64,000 nucleotides of DNA, from contig CAXXFF010000002.1 in assembly GCA_963676835.2 (NCBI GenBank), positions 352,001 through 416,000 of the forward strand, read 5' to 3'. The position numbers and the translations under genes were made by a program. The notes beneath the pieces were generated by a model. That model was not told where the DNA came from. It saw nothing but the letters and a program-made list of their open reading frames with translations, and did not search any database. The DNA is from Marispirochaeta sp. (GTDB lineage Bacteria; Spirochaetota; Spirochaetia; JC444; Marispirochaetaceae). Below, in pieces: positions 19,445 through 29,370 of the stretch (position 1 is the first letter of the stretch; the number at the start of each line of letters is the position of its first letter).

Positions 19445-20719
19445 TCAGCCGCCTACCATCTTGGGGATAACACCCAGAAGTACTCCGGCGGCTACGGCAG
19501 AACCGATAACTCCGGCAACGTTGGGTCCCATGGCGTGCATAAGCAGGAAGTTCTGAGGATTCTCCTCTTTTCCTACCTTGTTGGCAACACGGGCCGCCAT
19601 CGGTACCGCGGATACTCCCGCTGCACCGATAAGGGGGTTGATGGGCTTGCTGCTCAGCTTGTTCATCAGCTTGGCCAGAAGCAGTCCTGCAGTGGTACCT
19701 ACCGCAAAGGCAATCAGACCAAGGGCCAGAATTCCCAGGGTGGTAACATTAAGGAAGGCCTGTGCCTGCATCTTTGACCCAACCGCAAGACCGAGCATAA
19801 TGGTTACAATGTTCATCATGGCATTCTGCATGGTATCGGAAAGACGGGTAATAACACCGCACTCCCGTCCCAGGTTTCCGAACATCAGCGCACCGATAAG
19901 GGGCGTTGCAGAGGGCAGCAGGATAATACAGGTTACCAGTACAACCAGCGGGAAGACAATCTTCTCGGTTTTGGTAACATGACGCAGCTGCTCCATCTTG
20001 ATGCCCCGCTCTTCCTTGGTGGTAAGAAGACGCATGATGGGTGGCTGGATAATGGGTACCAGTGCCATGTAGGAATATGCGGCAACAGCAATTGCTCCCA
20101 GGTAGTAGGGTGCCAGTCTGGAAGAGGTATAGATAGCCGTCGGACCGTCGGCACCTCCGATAATTCCGATTGCACCGGCCACGTGAAGGATACTGTCAGC
20201 AAGCTGAGTACCGTCGGCGGCATGCACAAAGGAGAACCCGGGGATCAACTCAAGGGCAACCGTTCCAAGAACAGCAATAAAAATACCGAACTGGGCTGCT
20301 GCACCGAGAAGGAAGGTCTTCGGGTTGGCAAGGAGGGGACCGAAGTCGGTCATGGCTCCAACACCCATGAAGATCAGCAGGGGAAAGAGACCGGAGGCAA
20401 TTCCGAAGTCATAAAACTGACCGATAAAACCGCCGTAAACCTCGATAATCCCGTGAGCCGTATGGTTGTAGAGAACTTCGTGGTTCTCTCCGACAAAATA
20501 GACTGCATGACTGGCAATTTCCGCAAAGGGAATATTGGACAGGATTGCACCGAACCCGATGGGTACCAGCAGGAGCGGTTCAAATCCCTTCTTGATTGCC
20601 AGATAGAGGAGCAGAAAACCTACGGCAATCATTACCGCGTTCTGCCAGCCTCCGGCCTGCATGAAGCCGTAAAGACCGGTGGTTTTCCATAGTTCGTAAA
20701 AAGCGCTTCCGAAATTCAT
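19445..20719 (-). CDS. oadB: Na+-translocating decarboxylase beta subunit
   Basis: [58 protein letters not shown]. Confidence 0.95.
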   Translation of the reverse strand: MNFGSAFYELWKTTGLYGFMQAGGWQNAVMIAVGFLLLYLAIKKGFEPLLLVPIGFGAILSNIPFAEIASHAVYFVGENHEVLYNHTAHGIIEVYGGFIGQFYDFGIASGLFPLLIFMGVGAMTDFGPLLANPKTFLLGAAAQFGIFIAVLGTVALELIPGFSFVHAADGTQLADSILHVAGAIGIIGGADGPTAIYTSSRLAPYYLGAIAVAAYSYMALVPIIQPPIMRLLTTKEERGIKMEQLRHVTKTEKIVFPLVVLVTCIILLPSATPLIGALMFGNLGRECGVITRLSDTMQNAMMNIVTIMLGLAVGSKMQAQAFLNVTTLGILALGLIAFAVGTTAGLLLAKLMNKLSSKPINPLIGAAGVSAVPMAARVANKVGKEENPQNFLLMHAMGPNVAGVIGSAVAAGVLLGVIPKMVGG

Positions 20720-20733
20720 TCGTGGGCCCCCTT

Positions 20734-22530
20734 TTACTGGATCTCAACCAGAGTGTCGCCGGCGGCTACCTGATCGCCCTGTTTTACGGGAATGACTGCA
20801 ACCACACCGGAGGCCGGGGAGTGAATCTCATTCTCCATCTTCATGGATTCCATAACCATGATAACTTCACCTTCGCTTACGGAATCACCCTCTTCCTTAA
20901 CCAGGCGCAGGATAAGTCCGGGAAGCGGTGCAGCTACCTTAACACCCTCTCCGCCGCCTGCGGCAGCTCCGGATGCTGCGGCTTCCATACCTTCGGAAAC
21001 CTCAACGGTGTAGCTCTTGCCGTTAACCACTGCCTTGTCGCCTTCCAGCTTGACTGCGTAGTTTTTACCGTTGAGCTTAACGGTGTAACCGTCTGCGGAA
21101 GGTGCTCCGCCTTCAGATTTCTTATTGGGATCGATTTTCCGAACACCGGTCTTTGCTTCACCCTTGAGGTAGGCAATTCCCTTCTCTTTACAAGCCGCAG
21201 CAATAAAGATGTTCTCATCGGTCTCTTCAATGCCCGCTTCCTTAAGCATAGCCTTTGCAGGTGCAATACCCTTTTTGGGGTCTGCATCATTGATCTCAAG
21301 AACCTTCTTGGTGGTGGGCTCAAGACCAAGCTGCTCGGCAGCAATCTTTACAATTTCGGGATCCGGTGCAACGGGAGTTTTTCCGAAGTAACCGAGAACC
21401 ATCTTGCCGTAACCTTCGGCAATCTTCTTCCAGGGACCCATGAGGGTATTGTTGAAGGCCTGCTGGAAATAGAACTGGCTTACGGGGGTTACAGAAGTAC
21501 CGAATCCACCGCGGCGTACAACTTCGCCCATGTTTGCGGCAATCTCGCCGTACTTGTCCATGAGGCCGTTGTCACGGAGCATCTGGGTATTGGCTGTAAG
21601 CGCACCGCCGGGCATGGGGCTGAAGGGAATCAGGGGCTCTACAGTCTTTGCCTCGGGAGGCATAAAGTAGTCAGCCATACATTCCTTGAAAACCTGTTCT
21701 GCTTTTTCAATCTTGTTGATATCCACACCAAGGTCGAACTCGGTTCCCCGGAGAGCGTGCCACATGGTCATAACGTCGGTCTGACATGTACCGCCGGAAC
21801 AGGGGGCAAGAGAAAGGTCAATCTGGTTTGCACCGGCGTCGAGGGCTGCTTTGTACTGGAGTACACCGATACCGGCAGTTTCGTGGCTGTGGAATACCAG
21901 CTGAACATCATCACCAAGCATCTGACGAGCCTGTTTGATGGTTTCATATACCTTGGAGGGAACAGAAGTACCGGAAGCATCCTTGAAACATACGGAATCA
22001 AAGGGAATACCCGCATCAAGGATTCCCTTCAGGGTATCCATGTAGAATTTGGGATCGTGTGACCCTTCGCATCCGGGAGGAAGCTCCATCATGGTAACAA
22101 CAACTTCGTGCTTCAGTCCGGCGTTAACAATACACTGACCGGAGTAGATCAGGTTGTTAACATCATTGAGAGCATCGAAGTTACGGATGGTAGTCATTCC
22201 GTGCTTTTTGAACATCTTCGCATGAAGATCAATAATGTCAGAGGACTGTGAATCAAGTCCAACAACGTTAACTCCCCGGGCAAGGGTCTGCAGATTTGCA
22301 TCGGGACCGGCTGCCTGGCGGAAAGAATCCATCATATCGAAGGCATTTTCGTTGGTGTAGAAGAAGAGGGACTGGAACCGTGCTCCACCGCCTGCCTCGA
22401 AGTGATTAATTCCTGCTTCAACTGCCGCTTCAACTGCAGGCAGGAAGTCTTTGGTAAATACACGTGCTCCGTATGCGGACTGGAATCCGTCACGGAAAGC
22501 AGTAACCATGAAATCTACGCGCTTTTTCAT
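20734..22530 (-). CDS. oadA: Oxaloacetate decarboxylase alpha subunit (carboxyltransferase + biotin carrier)
   Basis: RDGFQS, FDALND, KDASG, HSH, PGG, VTPVSQ; biotinylation site ESMKME. Confidence 0.92.
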   Translation of the reverse strand: MKKRVDFMVTAFRDGFQSAYGARVFTKDFLPAVEAAVEAGINHFEAGGGARFQSLFFYTNENAFDMMDSFRQAAGPDANLQTLARGVNVVGLDSQSSDIIDLHAKMFKKHGMTTIRNFDALNDVNNLIYSGQCIVNAGLKHEVVVTMMELPPGCEGSHDPKFYMDTLKGILDAGIPFDSVCFKDASGTSVPSKVYETIKQARQMLGDDVQLVFHSHETAGIGVLQYKAALDAGANQIDLSLAPCSGGTCQTDVMTMWHALRGTEFDLGVDINKIEKAEQVFKECMADYFMPPEAKTVEPLIPFSPMPGGALTANTQMLRDNGLMDKYGEIAANMGEVVRRGGFGTSVTPVSQFYFQQAFNNTLMGPWKKIAEGYGKMVLGYFGKTPVAPDPEIVKIAAEQLGLEPTTKKVLEINDADPKKGIAPAKAMLKEAGIEETDENIFIAAACKEKGIAYLKGEAKTGVRKIDPNKKSEGGAPSADGYTVKLNGKNYAVKLEGDKAVVNGKSYTVEVSEGMEAAASGAAAGGGEGVKVAAPLPGLILRLVKEEGDSVSEGEVIMVMESMKMENEIHSPASGVVAVIPVKQGDQVAAGDTLVEIQ

Positions 22531-22549
22531 GTCAATTCTATTCCTTTGT

Positions 22550-22762
22550 TTAAGATGTAAATGCTTTTACAGCTGCGATCACGGCAGCTACTTCTGCGTC
22601 CCCGGAACCCGAGGTTTTTGCTGGTGCCTGCTCTTCCGGTTTATCCGGGAAGTAGCGAATGACAATAGCGGAGAGGACGTTCATAAGAATGACAAGCAGT
22701 GTCAGAAACGAAAACACTACTGCCATGCCGACAACTGTTAATACTAACCCTTGCGCAAACAC
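22550..22762 (-). CDS. oadG: Oxaloacetate decarboxylase gamma subunit
   Basis: GL.LTVVGMAVVFSFL TM helix, linker, EVAAVIAAV; AGGAG SD 6 nt before GTG 22762. Confidence 0.9.
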   Translation of the reverse strand: MFAQGLVLTVVGMAVVFSFLTLLVILMNVLSAIVIRYFPDKPEEQAPAKTSGSGDAEVAAVIAAVKAFTS

Positions 22763-22889
22763 GACATGCTCCTGTTGATTTATATTGATAGGACTCAAAA
22801 TACGTAAATGAATCCATCCGTTCGCAAAGATAATAGTCTGTCCAGATAGTGAGTTTCAAGGCCTGAGGGTATCTGAGGCTTCTAAAGGA

Positions 22890-22923
22890 GGGAAATTGAG
22901 GGCTCCGGCGAGTACCGGAGCCC
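22890..22923 (-). terminator. Hairpin ending the hsp20-microprotein transcript
   Basis: gggctccgg-6nt-ccggagccc perfect 9-bp stem (22900-22923); weak U tail. Confidence 0.55.
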
Positions 22924-22947
22924 GGAAAGGGAGAGTTCCTCTATAAA

Positions 22948-23073
22948 TCAGTAATCAGAATCGTGACGATTCCGGTTATCCTGAATGGTTCTGAGGACTT
23001 TACCGACAAACTGATCAAGCTGGGGTTTGAAAAAATAGCCCAGGGCAACACCGACAATCAGCCAGAAAAGCAT
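22948..23073 (-). CDS. 41-aa single-TM microprotein MLFWLIVGVALGYFFKPQLDQFVGKVLRTIQDNRNRHDSDY (not in ORF track)
   Basis: ATG 1 nt after the hsp20 stop; SD GGAGGTG inside the last hsp20 codons; hydrophobic N-terminus. Confidence 0.75.
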   Translation of the reverse strand: MLFWLIVGVALGYFFKPQLDQFVGKVLRTIQDNRNRHDSDY

Positions 23074-23074
23074 A

Positions 23075-23584
23075 TTACACCTCCTCCTTTACAATTTTTA
23101 TCTTTACCCCTTCGGGGGATTCCTGTTCCACCTTTGCAGGTACGGTTACCGTAAGCACACCGTTTGCATAGACTGCCTGTACCGCATCCCGGTCAAATTT
23201 CTCTGCCGGAGCAAAATACTTCTGGTCCACTATTTCCCGGAACTTAAGCCGCCGCTTCAGGAATTTGATCTCATCGTCCTTGACGGTTCTTTCTTTGGGG
23301 ACCGCCGCATTGAGAATCATGTAATCCCCCTTGAATTCAAGCGAAATATCACTCTCGTTGAAGCCCGCCAGGGCGAATTCAAAGACCAGGCTCTTTTCCG
23401 GAGTAACATAGACATTTGACGGGGGATAGGAGTAGGCCGGATAATAATCCGTGTTTTCATCCCAGGCAAAGGGATTGCCCGGCCGTGACTGGAAACCTTC
23501 CTTGAAGGCTCCGCCGAAGTTCTGGGTTGCCTCAAAGATATCATCCATGATCTGGCCCAGGTCGATAATGATTTTGTCTTTCAT
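23075..23584 (-). CDS. Hsp20/alpha-crystallin family protein
   Basis: YPPSNVY, EFALAGF..DI, A.YANGVLTVTVP; AAGGTGGAG SD before ATG 23584. Confidence 0.88.
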   Translation of the reverse strand: MKDKIIIDLGQIMDDIFEATQNFGGAFKEGFQSRPGNPFAWDENTDYYPAYSYPPSNVYVTPEKSLVFEFALAGFNESDISLEFKGDYMILNAAVPKERTVKDDEIKFLKRRLKFREIVDQKYFAPAEKFDRDAVQAVYANGVLTVTVPAKVEQESPEGVKIKIVKEEV

Positions 23585-23713
23585 AGCTCCACCTTTTTCG
23601 CAATAAAGCGAGGAGTGTATGATGTTCCGCACCCGTACGGGCCGCGGCTGTTTCCGCCCCGCTCCTGCGGCGGCGGACTGCACTGCATTGCAGTGTCTAT
23701 ATAAAATATAACA
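23585..23713 (-). promoter_or_regulatory. hsp20 promoter, palindrome and structured 5' UTR (possible RNA thermometer)
   Basis: Extended -10 TGtTATATT (23713-23705); CACTGCA-n-TGCAGTG (23681-23695); GC-rich hairpins; UCGCU facing the SD. Confidence 0.5.
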
Positions 23714-23917
23714 ACAAATGGCCCGAAAAGTGTTCCTCAAGTCTCCCTTTTTTTCTTCATCATCTTTTATCTCTTCCCCATTCTTCCTTCTTCATTCTTC
23801 CTACTTCCCTTTTTACTCCCTCTGCCCGAGGACTTCACCTGTGGCAAGAAACTGGTGTAAGGTAGAGGTTCTCCGGTATATCGAAACAAGGTCAGTTCCG
23901 GAGAGAAAGGATTCATC

Positions 23918-24736
23918 TTGTCTGTACGTATCTTCTGCATGGGCGAAATAGTCGGCAAAGCGGGTGTTTTCTGCGTTAAATCAATGCTCAATGATCTTCG
24001 CAGCGAAAAGAAGATTGATTTTGTCATTGCCAACGGAGAGGGAACCACCGGCGGTTTCGGTCTGGGAAAAAACCATTCCATTTATCTGCATAAACTCGGC
24101 ATAGACTGCATTACCGGCGGTGAAAAGCTCTACTTCAAGCGGGATATGGTCAGCCATATCCGCAAGGCGCCCTATATTCTGCGGCCCGCCAATTATCCCC
24201 CGGGAAACCCGGGCCGGGGCTACCGCATCTTTGATGTGGGAGAATACAAGATAGGGGTTATCTCCATGCTGGGTCAGTCAGGATTTCAGCGGGTGCACCT
24301 GAGCAACCCCTTCGGCTATCTGCCCCAGATTGTAGAACGCATAAAAGAAGAGACGCCCATAATCATACTGGATTTTCATGCCGCAACCACGGCGGAAAAA
24401 TACTCTATGTTTTATCATGCCGACGGAATGGTTTCCGCCGTTGCGGGAACCCATAACAAGGCCCTGTCTGCCGATGAAGCCATCCTTCCCCGAAAAACCG
24501 GGATAATCTGCGATACCGGCAGAACGGGAAGCATTGATTCCGTGGGAGGCCTGGAGAGCGGAATCGAAATCCAGCAGTTTATCAGCCAGATACCCGAGCG
24601 TTCTCAGGAGACCTGGGAAGGACTTGAAATGCAGGGTGTAATCTTCGAAATTACTCCCGACGGAAAAACAAGCTCAGTGGAACGAATACGCATTCCCTGC
24701 ACGGAGGAACCCCTTGACCGAGCTAGTGAGAATTAA
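23918..24736 (+). CDS. ymdB: YmdB/TIGR00282-type metallophosphoesterase
   Basis: GEIVG, IANGE, ILRPANYP..PGRG, DFHAATTAEK, GTH, DTGRTG; TTG start after AAAGGA. Confidence 0.85.
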   Translation: MSVRIFCMGEIVGKAGVFCVKSMLNDLRSEKKIDFVIANGEGTTGGFGLGKNHSIYLHKLGIDCITGGEKLYFKRDMVSHIRKAPYILRPANYPPGNPGRGYRIFDVGEYKIGVISMLGQSGFQRVHLSNPFGYLPQIVERIKEETPIIILDFHAATTAEKYSMFYHADGMVSAVAGTHNKALSADEAILPRKTGIICDTGRTGSIDSVGGLESGIEIQQFISQIPERSQETWEGLEMQGVIFEITPDGKTSSVERIRIPCTEEPLDRASEN

Positions 24737-25124
24737 AGAGATCGACGGCAGCCGGGTGCTCTGCACCTGTTCAACTTCCGCCTGCAAATCATGCAGCGGC
24801 AGCGGCTTCTGCAATATAAAAATCCGCGAAATAGAAGTCCGGAACCCCAGAAATCTGGAGGTACATCCCGGCGACACCATTGAGATCTACCTGCCTCCGG
24901 GAAAAACAATCTTTGCAGGTTTTCTGGTTATGATCTTTCCCCTGCTTCTCTTTGGTCTGTTTTTTATGCTTACAGGCAGGATATTCCCCGGAACAGGTGA
25001 AGGAATCAGGGTTCTGGCAGGAGTAGCCGGAATCACCGCCGGATTCCTGATCAGCTGGGCTTATTCAAAGCTGACCAACAGCCGCAATATTCCGGAAATA
25101 GTAAAAGTAACAGATCAGGAATAG
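24714..25124 (+). CDS. RseC/MucC family membrane protein
   Basis: SACKSCS..FC Cys cluster, GDTIEI, two TM helices. Confidence 0.8.
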   Translation: MTELVRIKEIDGSRVLCTCSTSACKSCSGSGFCNIKIREIEVRNPRNLEVHPGDTIEIYLPPGKTIFAGFLVMIFPLLLFGLFFMLTGRIFPGTGEGIRVLAGVAGITAGFLISWAYSKLTNSRNIPEIVKVTDQE

Positions 25125-26281
25125 GACGGCTTTTTCACCAGCCGGGTAAGGGTATCAGCCATTTCCGGCAGCTTGACTACATGATCAAGGTAGTTGTGGT
25201 CCGCAGCTACCTTGGGCATACCGTAGACAACACAGGAGTCTGCATCCTGTCCCACAGTAACACCGCCGAGACGCTGAATAGTGCCGATCTCTCGAGCACC
25301 ATCCCGCCCCATGCCGGTCATAATAACCGCAACCACCCGGTTGGCAAATTCCCGGGCAACAGATTTGAAGAGCACATCAGCCGACGGGCGGTGCCCGTTG
25401 ACCTGGGGCGCATCAGATAGGTGAACAATACTTGAAAGCCTCATTTTTTCCACTTCCATATGCTTGTCGCCGGGGGTAATCAGAATTCGTCCCGGAACAA
25501 GAACATCTCCCTCTTCCGCTTCCTTAACGTCGAGACGGCAGATACGGTCGAGACTGCGGGCAAACTCAAGGGTAAATCCAGGGGGCATATGCTGGACCAC
25601 TACAATGGGAACCGGGAAATCCCTGTCCAGGGAAGCAAAAACTTTCCGCAGGGCATTCGGTCCCCCGGTGGAGATACCGATTGCCAAAAGATCAATACCC
25701 TCCGGAACGCTTCTCTGTCCCGGAGCAGCAGGAGCCGGAAAATCGGGATAAAGAGAGGCACGGGATACCGGCGCTGCGGGCCTTGGAGGCGGAGTACGTA
25801 CGGGAGGGGCACTCTTATACGCAGCCGGCGTTCCGGGGAACAAAGGCTGATTATTGGTATGCTGCCGGTACTGACTGCCGTAGGCCTTAACGGTTTCTAC
25901 AATATGATCACCGATAACATGGATATCTTCTGAAATGGACCCGGAAGGCTTCATGATGAAATCAGAAGCACCAAGATTCAGGGCTTCCATGGTAACCTGA
26001 GCCCCCCGGCGGGCAAGGGACGAGAGAATTACCACAGGGATATTTATTCCCTGCTTGCGCCGCTCCTTGAGGAATTCAATTCCGTTCATTTCGGGCATTT
26101 CAATATCGAGAAGAATAATATCCGGTTTCAACAGAGGAATCTTCTGCAGGGCAAATTTACCATTCATGGCCTTACCCACAACAGCAAGGCCCTCCGCCCC
26201 GTCAATTATCCGGGATATAAGGTTGCGCATCAGCGCAGAGTCATCACATACAAGTACGCCTAAAGGCATATTTTCACTCAC
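25115..26281 (-). CDS. cheB: Chemotaxis methylesterase CheB
   Basis: REC domain (DDS, LDIEMP), Pro-rich linker, GISTGGP, VQHMP, HRPSAD, MTGMGRDGA. Confidence 0.95.
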   Translation of the reverse strand: MSENMPLGVLVCDDSALMRNLISRIIDGAEGLAVVGKAMNGKFALQKIPLLKPDIILLDIEMPEMNGIEFLKERRKQGINIPVVILSSLARRGAQVTMEALNLGASDFIMKPSGSISEDIHVIGDHIVETVKAYGSQYRQHTNNQPLFPGTPAAYKSAPPVRTPPPRPAAPVSRASLYPDFPAPAAPGQRSVPEGIDLLAIGISTGGPNALRKVFASLDRDFPVPIVVVQHMPPGFTLEFARSLDRICRLDVKEAEEGDVLVPGRILITPGDKHMEVEKMRLSSIVHLSDAPQVNGHRPSADVLFKSVAREFANRVVAVIMTGMGRDGAREIGTIQRLGGVTVGQDADSCVVYGMPKVAADHNYLDHVVKLPEMADTLTRLVKKPSYS

Positions 26282-26295
26282 TGAACACCCCGGAC

Positions 26296-27114
26296 TCAGA
26301 TAAATTTGCGATAGATACAGGCCCAGTCGGTCTTAAGAAACTCAAAATCGGTCTTCATGCCAAAGAGTGATTCGGAATGACCGATAAAAAGATAGGAGTG
26401 GTTACCCATGGATTGCCAGAACTTCTGGATAACAGCCTCCTGAGCAGGCTCATCAAAATAGATAATAACATTGCGGCAGAACACCAGATCAAGTCCCCGC
26501 TGTCCGGAATCGAACTTGAGATTGTGATAATCGAACTTTATCAGCTTCTTGATCTCGTCCTTTACCCTGTGCCCGTCGGCGGAGGGCTCAAAGTACTTTT
26601 TCAGATACTTCTCGGGGACACCGTTCAAACGGGATTCCGGATAGTACCCTTCCTGGGCGGTCATCAGGGATTTAAGGCTCAGATCCGAGGCGGTTATCTC
26701 TATACTGAAATCAAGGGGAAGAAGATCCTTGAAAACCATGGCAAGGGAGTAGGGCTCTTCTCCGGTGGAACAGCCGGCACTCCAGATACGGATTTTGTGA
26801 TCCCTGGCCGCCTGTTTGTGCTGAATCAGTTCTGGAATAACATGGTACTCCAATGTCTGAAAGTGGGCGGTATTGCGGAAAAACCGGGTAAGGTTGGTGG
26901 TTACTGAATCGAGAAGGACTTTCAGTTCCCCCTCGTCTTCACGAATCTTCTTAAAATAGAGTGCCGGAGTCTCGATCTTTGTATTGCGGAGCCGCTCTTT
27001 GAGCCTGCTTTCCAGAATCGATCTGTTGGAAGCAGAAAAATGGATGCCGCTCTCGTTGTAGATGAGATCTCTGTATTGATCAAATTCCTGATCAGTTAAA
27101 AACAGTATTGCCAT
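26296..27114 (-). CDS. cheR: Chemotaxis methyltransferase CheR
   Basis: TTNLTRFFRN, IWSAGCSTGEEPYS, FCRNVIIYFD, GHSES. Start at ATG 27114; the upstream extension overlaps the divergent gene. Confidence 0.95.
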   Translation of the reverse strand: MAILFLTDQEFDQYRDLIYNESGIHFSASNRSILESRLKERLRNTKIETPALYFKKIREDEGELKVLLDSVTTNLTRFFRNTAHFQTLEYHVIPELIQHKQAARDHKIRIWSAGCSTGEEPYSLAMVFKDLLPLDFSIEITASDLSLKSLMTAQEGYYPESRLNGVPEKYLKKYFEPSADGHRVKDEIKKLIKFDYHNLKFDSGQRGLDLVFCRNVIIYFDEPAQEAVIQKFWQSMGNHSYLFIGHSESLFGMKTDFEFLKTDWACIYRKFI

Positions 27115-27129
27115 AATCGTCTGAGGTAA

Positions 27130-27158
27130 AGTGTATGAGGTGAATGAACAGGTGTCAA
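27130..27158 (-). promoter_or_regulatory. cheR promoter
   Basis: TTGACA-17-TACACT. Confidence 0.65.
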
Positions 27159-27214
27159 CTTCACATGAGAAATTTCCGAAAAATGAGTATACAGGTGCTA
27201 TACTGAAGAAGGTA

Positions 27215-27697
27215 ATGAAGAAGATGCTGGTGCGTGCGCAAATACACGGAATTGCCCTGGAACAGGAATCACAACTTCCTATTGTTCTGCTGAAAACAAA
27301 ATGTCCTGAAGGAATACTCCCGATGCCCGTAGGGCCTGCGGAAGCAAGCTCCATCATAGTGGAGATTGAAGGGGTGCACCCTCCCCGGCCGCTTCCCCAC
27401 GACCTGATTGCCGATATTTTCCGCCGCCACCGCTTTGTCATGGAATACTGTGAAATCCGGGAGCATCTGGATGATTTTTTCACCGCCTACATTCATTACC
27501 GCCGGGGCTTCAGGAAATTCTCCATGGAAGTCCGGCCCAGCGACGGCATCGCCATGTCCCTGAAGCTTGAAACTCCCATAATGGTCAATCCCGAACTGCT
27601 TGCCCGGGGGGAATCAGATGCCGAAGTCTTCAGCTATCTCCATGGTGAGGATATTCTGCTCCTGGAACCGTCACATCTGAAAAACGAAGCCGTCTGA
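27215..27697 (+). CDS. Bifunctional nuclease family protein (DUF151)
   Basis: PIVLL, LPMPVGPAEA..I, PRPLPHDL, RPSDGIA. Confidence 0.85.
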   Translation: MKKMLVRAQIHGIALEQESQLPIVLLKTKCPEGILPMPVGPAEASSIIVEIEGVHPPRPLPHDLIADIFRRHRFVMEYCEIREHLDDFFTAYIHYRRGFRKFSMEVRPSDGIAMSLKLETPIMVNPELLARGESDAEVFSYLHGEDILLLEPSHLKNEAV

Positions 27698-27759
27698 CAG
27701 CTCCATCCCGGGGTCTCCAGGTTGACCTCGGCACCCATATTCCGGGATAATCGGTGTAC

Positions 27760-29370
27760 ATGAAGAAATACATATTCGTCACCGGCGGAGTATGCTCCAG
27801 TCTCGGTAAAGGTATAGCCGCTTCCTCCCTGGGAAGCCTTTTGGAATGCCGCGGCCTCAAGGTCCGTATGATCAAGATTGACCCCTACATCAACGTTGAT
27901 GCGGGAACCATGAGCCCCTATCAGCACGGGGAAGTATACGTCACCGATGACGGTGCGGAAACAGACCTGGACCTGGGCAACTACGCCCGCTTTACCAACA
28001 GCCCCTTAAGCCAGGCAAACTCCATTACCACCGGACAGGTATACCAGTCGGTAATTACCAAAGAGCGTGAAGGACGCTACCTGGGACGCACCGTACAGGT
28101 CATTCCCCATATTACAGATGAGATCAAGCAGCGGATTTTCCGCATCGGCGAAGCGCAGGAGGCGGAGGTAACCATCATTGAGGTGGGAGGCACCGTCGGC
28201 GATATTGAAAGTATCCCCTTTCTGGAAGCAGCCCGGCAGTTCAGCCACGATGTGGGCAAAGGGAACGTAATTTTCGTTCACCTCACCCTGGTGCCGGAGG
28301 TAACCGGCGGCGAGATGAAGACAAAACCCACCCAGCACTCGGTAAAACAGCTGCTGGAAATCGGTATTGTCCCGGATATGCTCCTCTGCCGTTCCACCAA
28401 GCCCCTGGAAGAGAGCATGCGCTCAAAAATAGCCCTCTTCACCAACGTTGACGACGAGGCGGTAATTTCAGCCCACGACGCGGCTTCAACCATCTATGAA
28501 ATTCCCATTGCCTACCACAACGAAGGTCTTGATGATATTGCCGTGGCAAAGCTGTGTCTGGAAACACCGCCCATCGACCTGAGTGCCTGGGAAAAGGTTG
28601 TGGCAACCCTGAAAGAAGCGGAACACACCGTAAAAATTGCCCTGGTAGGAAAATACATCGACCTCAACGACACCTATAAATCAGTCCACGAGGCCCTGTA
28701 TCACGGCGGAATCGCCAATAATGTCAAAGTGGATATTATCAAGGTTGATGCGGAGCACCTGGAAAAAACAGACAATCCCGGTGAGTACCTTGAAGGGGCC
28801 CACGGAATACTTATTCCCGGCGGATTCGGCCAGCGGGGAATTAACGGAATGGTGAAAGCCGCCCAGTACGCCCGGCAGCAGGCCGTCCCCTGTTTCGGCA
28901 TCTGTCTGGGACTGCAGGTTATGGTCATAGAGTATGCCCGCAACGTCCTCGGAATAGAAGACGCAGACTCCTCGGAGTTCTCTCCCGACGGGAAGAACTC
29001 CGTTATCAGCCTTCTGGAAGAGCAGGTTGATGTAACCCACTACGGCGGAACCATGAGACTGGGCCGCAGCGAGACCCACCTTAATCCGGATACCATGATC
29101 CGGGAGATCTACGGCAGTGAAACTGTCTTTGAGCGGCATCGTCACCGCTATGAGGTATCCAATAAATACCGGGAACAGCTGGAAGGGGAAGGACTGATTA
29201 TCTGCGGACTCACTCCCGACAAGGCCCTGGTTGAATCCGTACAGTGGCCGGACCATCCCTGGGGAATCGGGGTTCAGTTTCATCCGGAATTTCAGTCAAA
29301 ACCGACAGAGTCACACCCTCTTTTCCGCAGCTTTATCGCAGCCAGCAACGAGGTGCGGGGCCGGAAGTGA
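27760..29370 (+). CDS. pyrG: CTP synthase
   Basis: KYIFVTGGVCSSLGKG, DPYINVDAGTMSPYQHGEV, KTKPTQHSV, GICLG, ERHRHRYE, QFHPEF. Confidence 0.98.
   Translation: MKKYIFVTGGVCSSLGKGIAASSLGSLLECRGLKVRMIKIDPYINVDAGTMSPYQHGEVYVTDDGAETDLDLGNYARFTNSPLSQANSITTGQVYQSVITKEREGRYLGRTVQVIPHITDEIKQRIFRIGEAQEAEVTIIEVGGTVGDIESIPFLEAARQFSHDVGKGNVIFVHLTLVPEVTGGEMKTKPTQHSVKQLLEIGIVPDMLLCRSTKPLEESMRSKIALFTNVDDEAVISAHDAASTIYEIPIAYHNEGLDDIAVAKLCLETPPIDLSAWEKVVATLKEAEHTVKIALVGKYIDLNDTYKSVHEALYHGGIANNVKVDIIKVDAEHLEKTDNPGEYLEGAHGILIPGGFGQRGINGMVKAAQYARQQAVPCFGICLGLQVMVIEYARNVLGIEDADSSEFSPDGKNSVISLLEEQVDVTHYGGTMRLGRSETHLNPDTMIREIYGSETVFERHRHRYEVSNKYREQLEGEGLIICGLTPDKALVESVQWPDHPWGIGVQFHPEFQSKPTESHPLFRSFIAASNEVRGRK

Noticed and set aside
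20722..22062. 446-aa plus-strand ORF antisense to oadA (similar shadows at 10040-10903, 19979-20692 and 37109-38041)
   Set aside because: Lies opposite a well-conserved gene, with no SD or recognisable motifs; explained by codon bias on the coding strand.
22963..23154. 63-aa plus-strand ORF in the ORF track
   Set aside because: Antisense to the hsp20 end and to the better-supported 41-aa microprotein, which has an SD and coupling.
27115..27483. Long N-terminal extension of CheR in the ORF track (also for Hsp20, LptC, TctB, EEP and the second DUF4230)
   Set aside because: The extensions overlap promoters or neighbouring genes; downstream starts fit family length and SD or -10 position.
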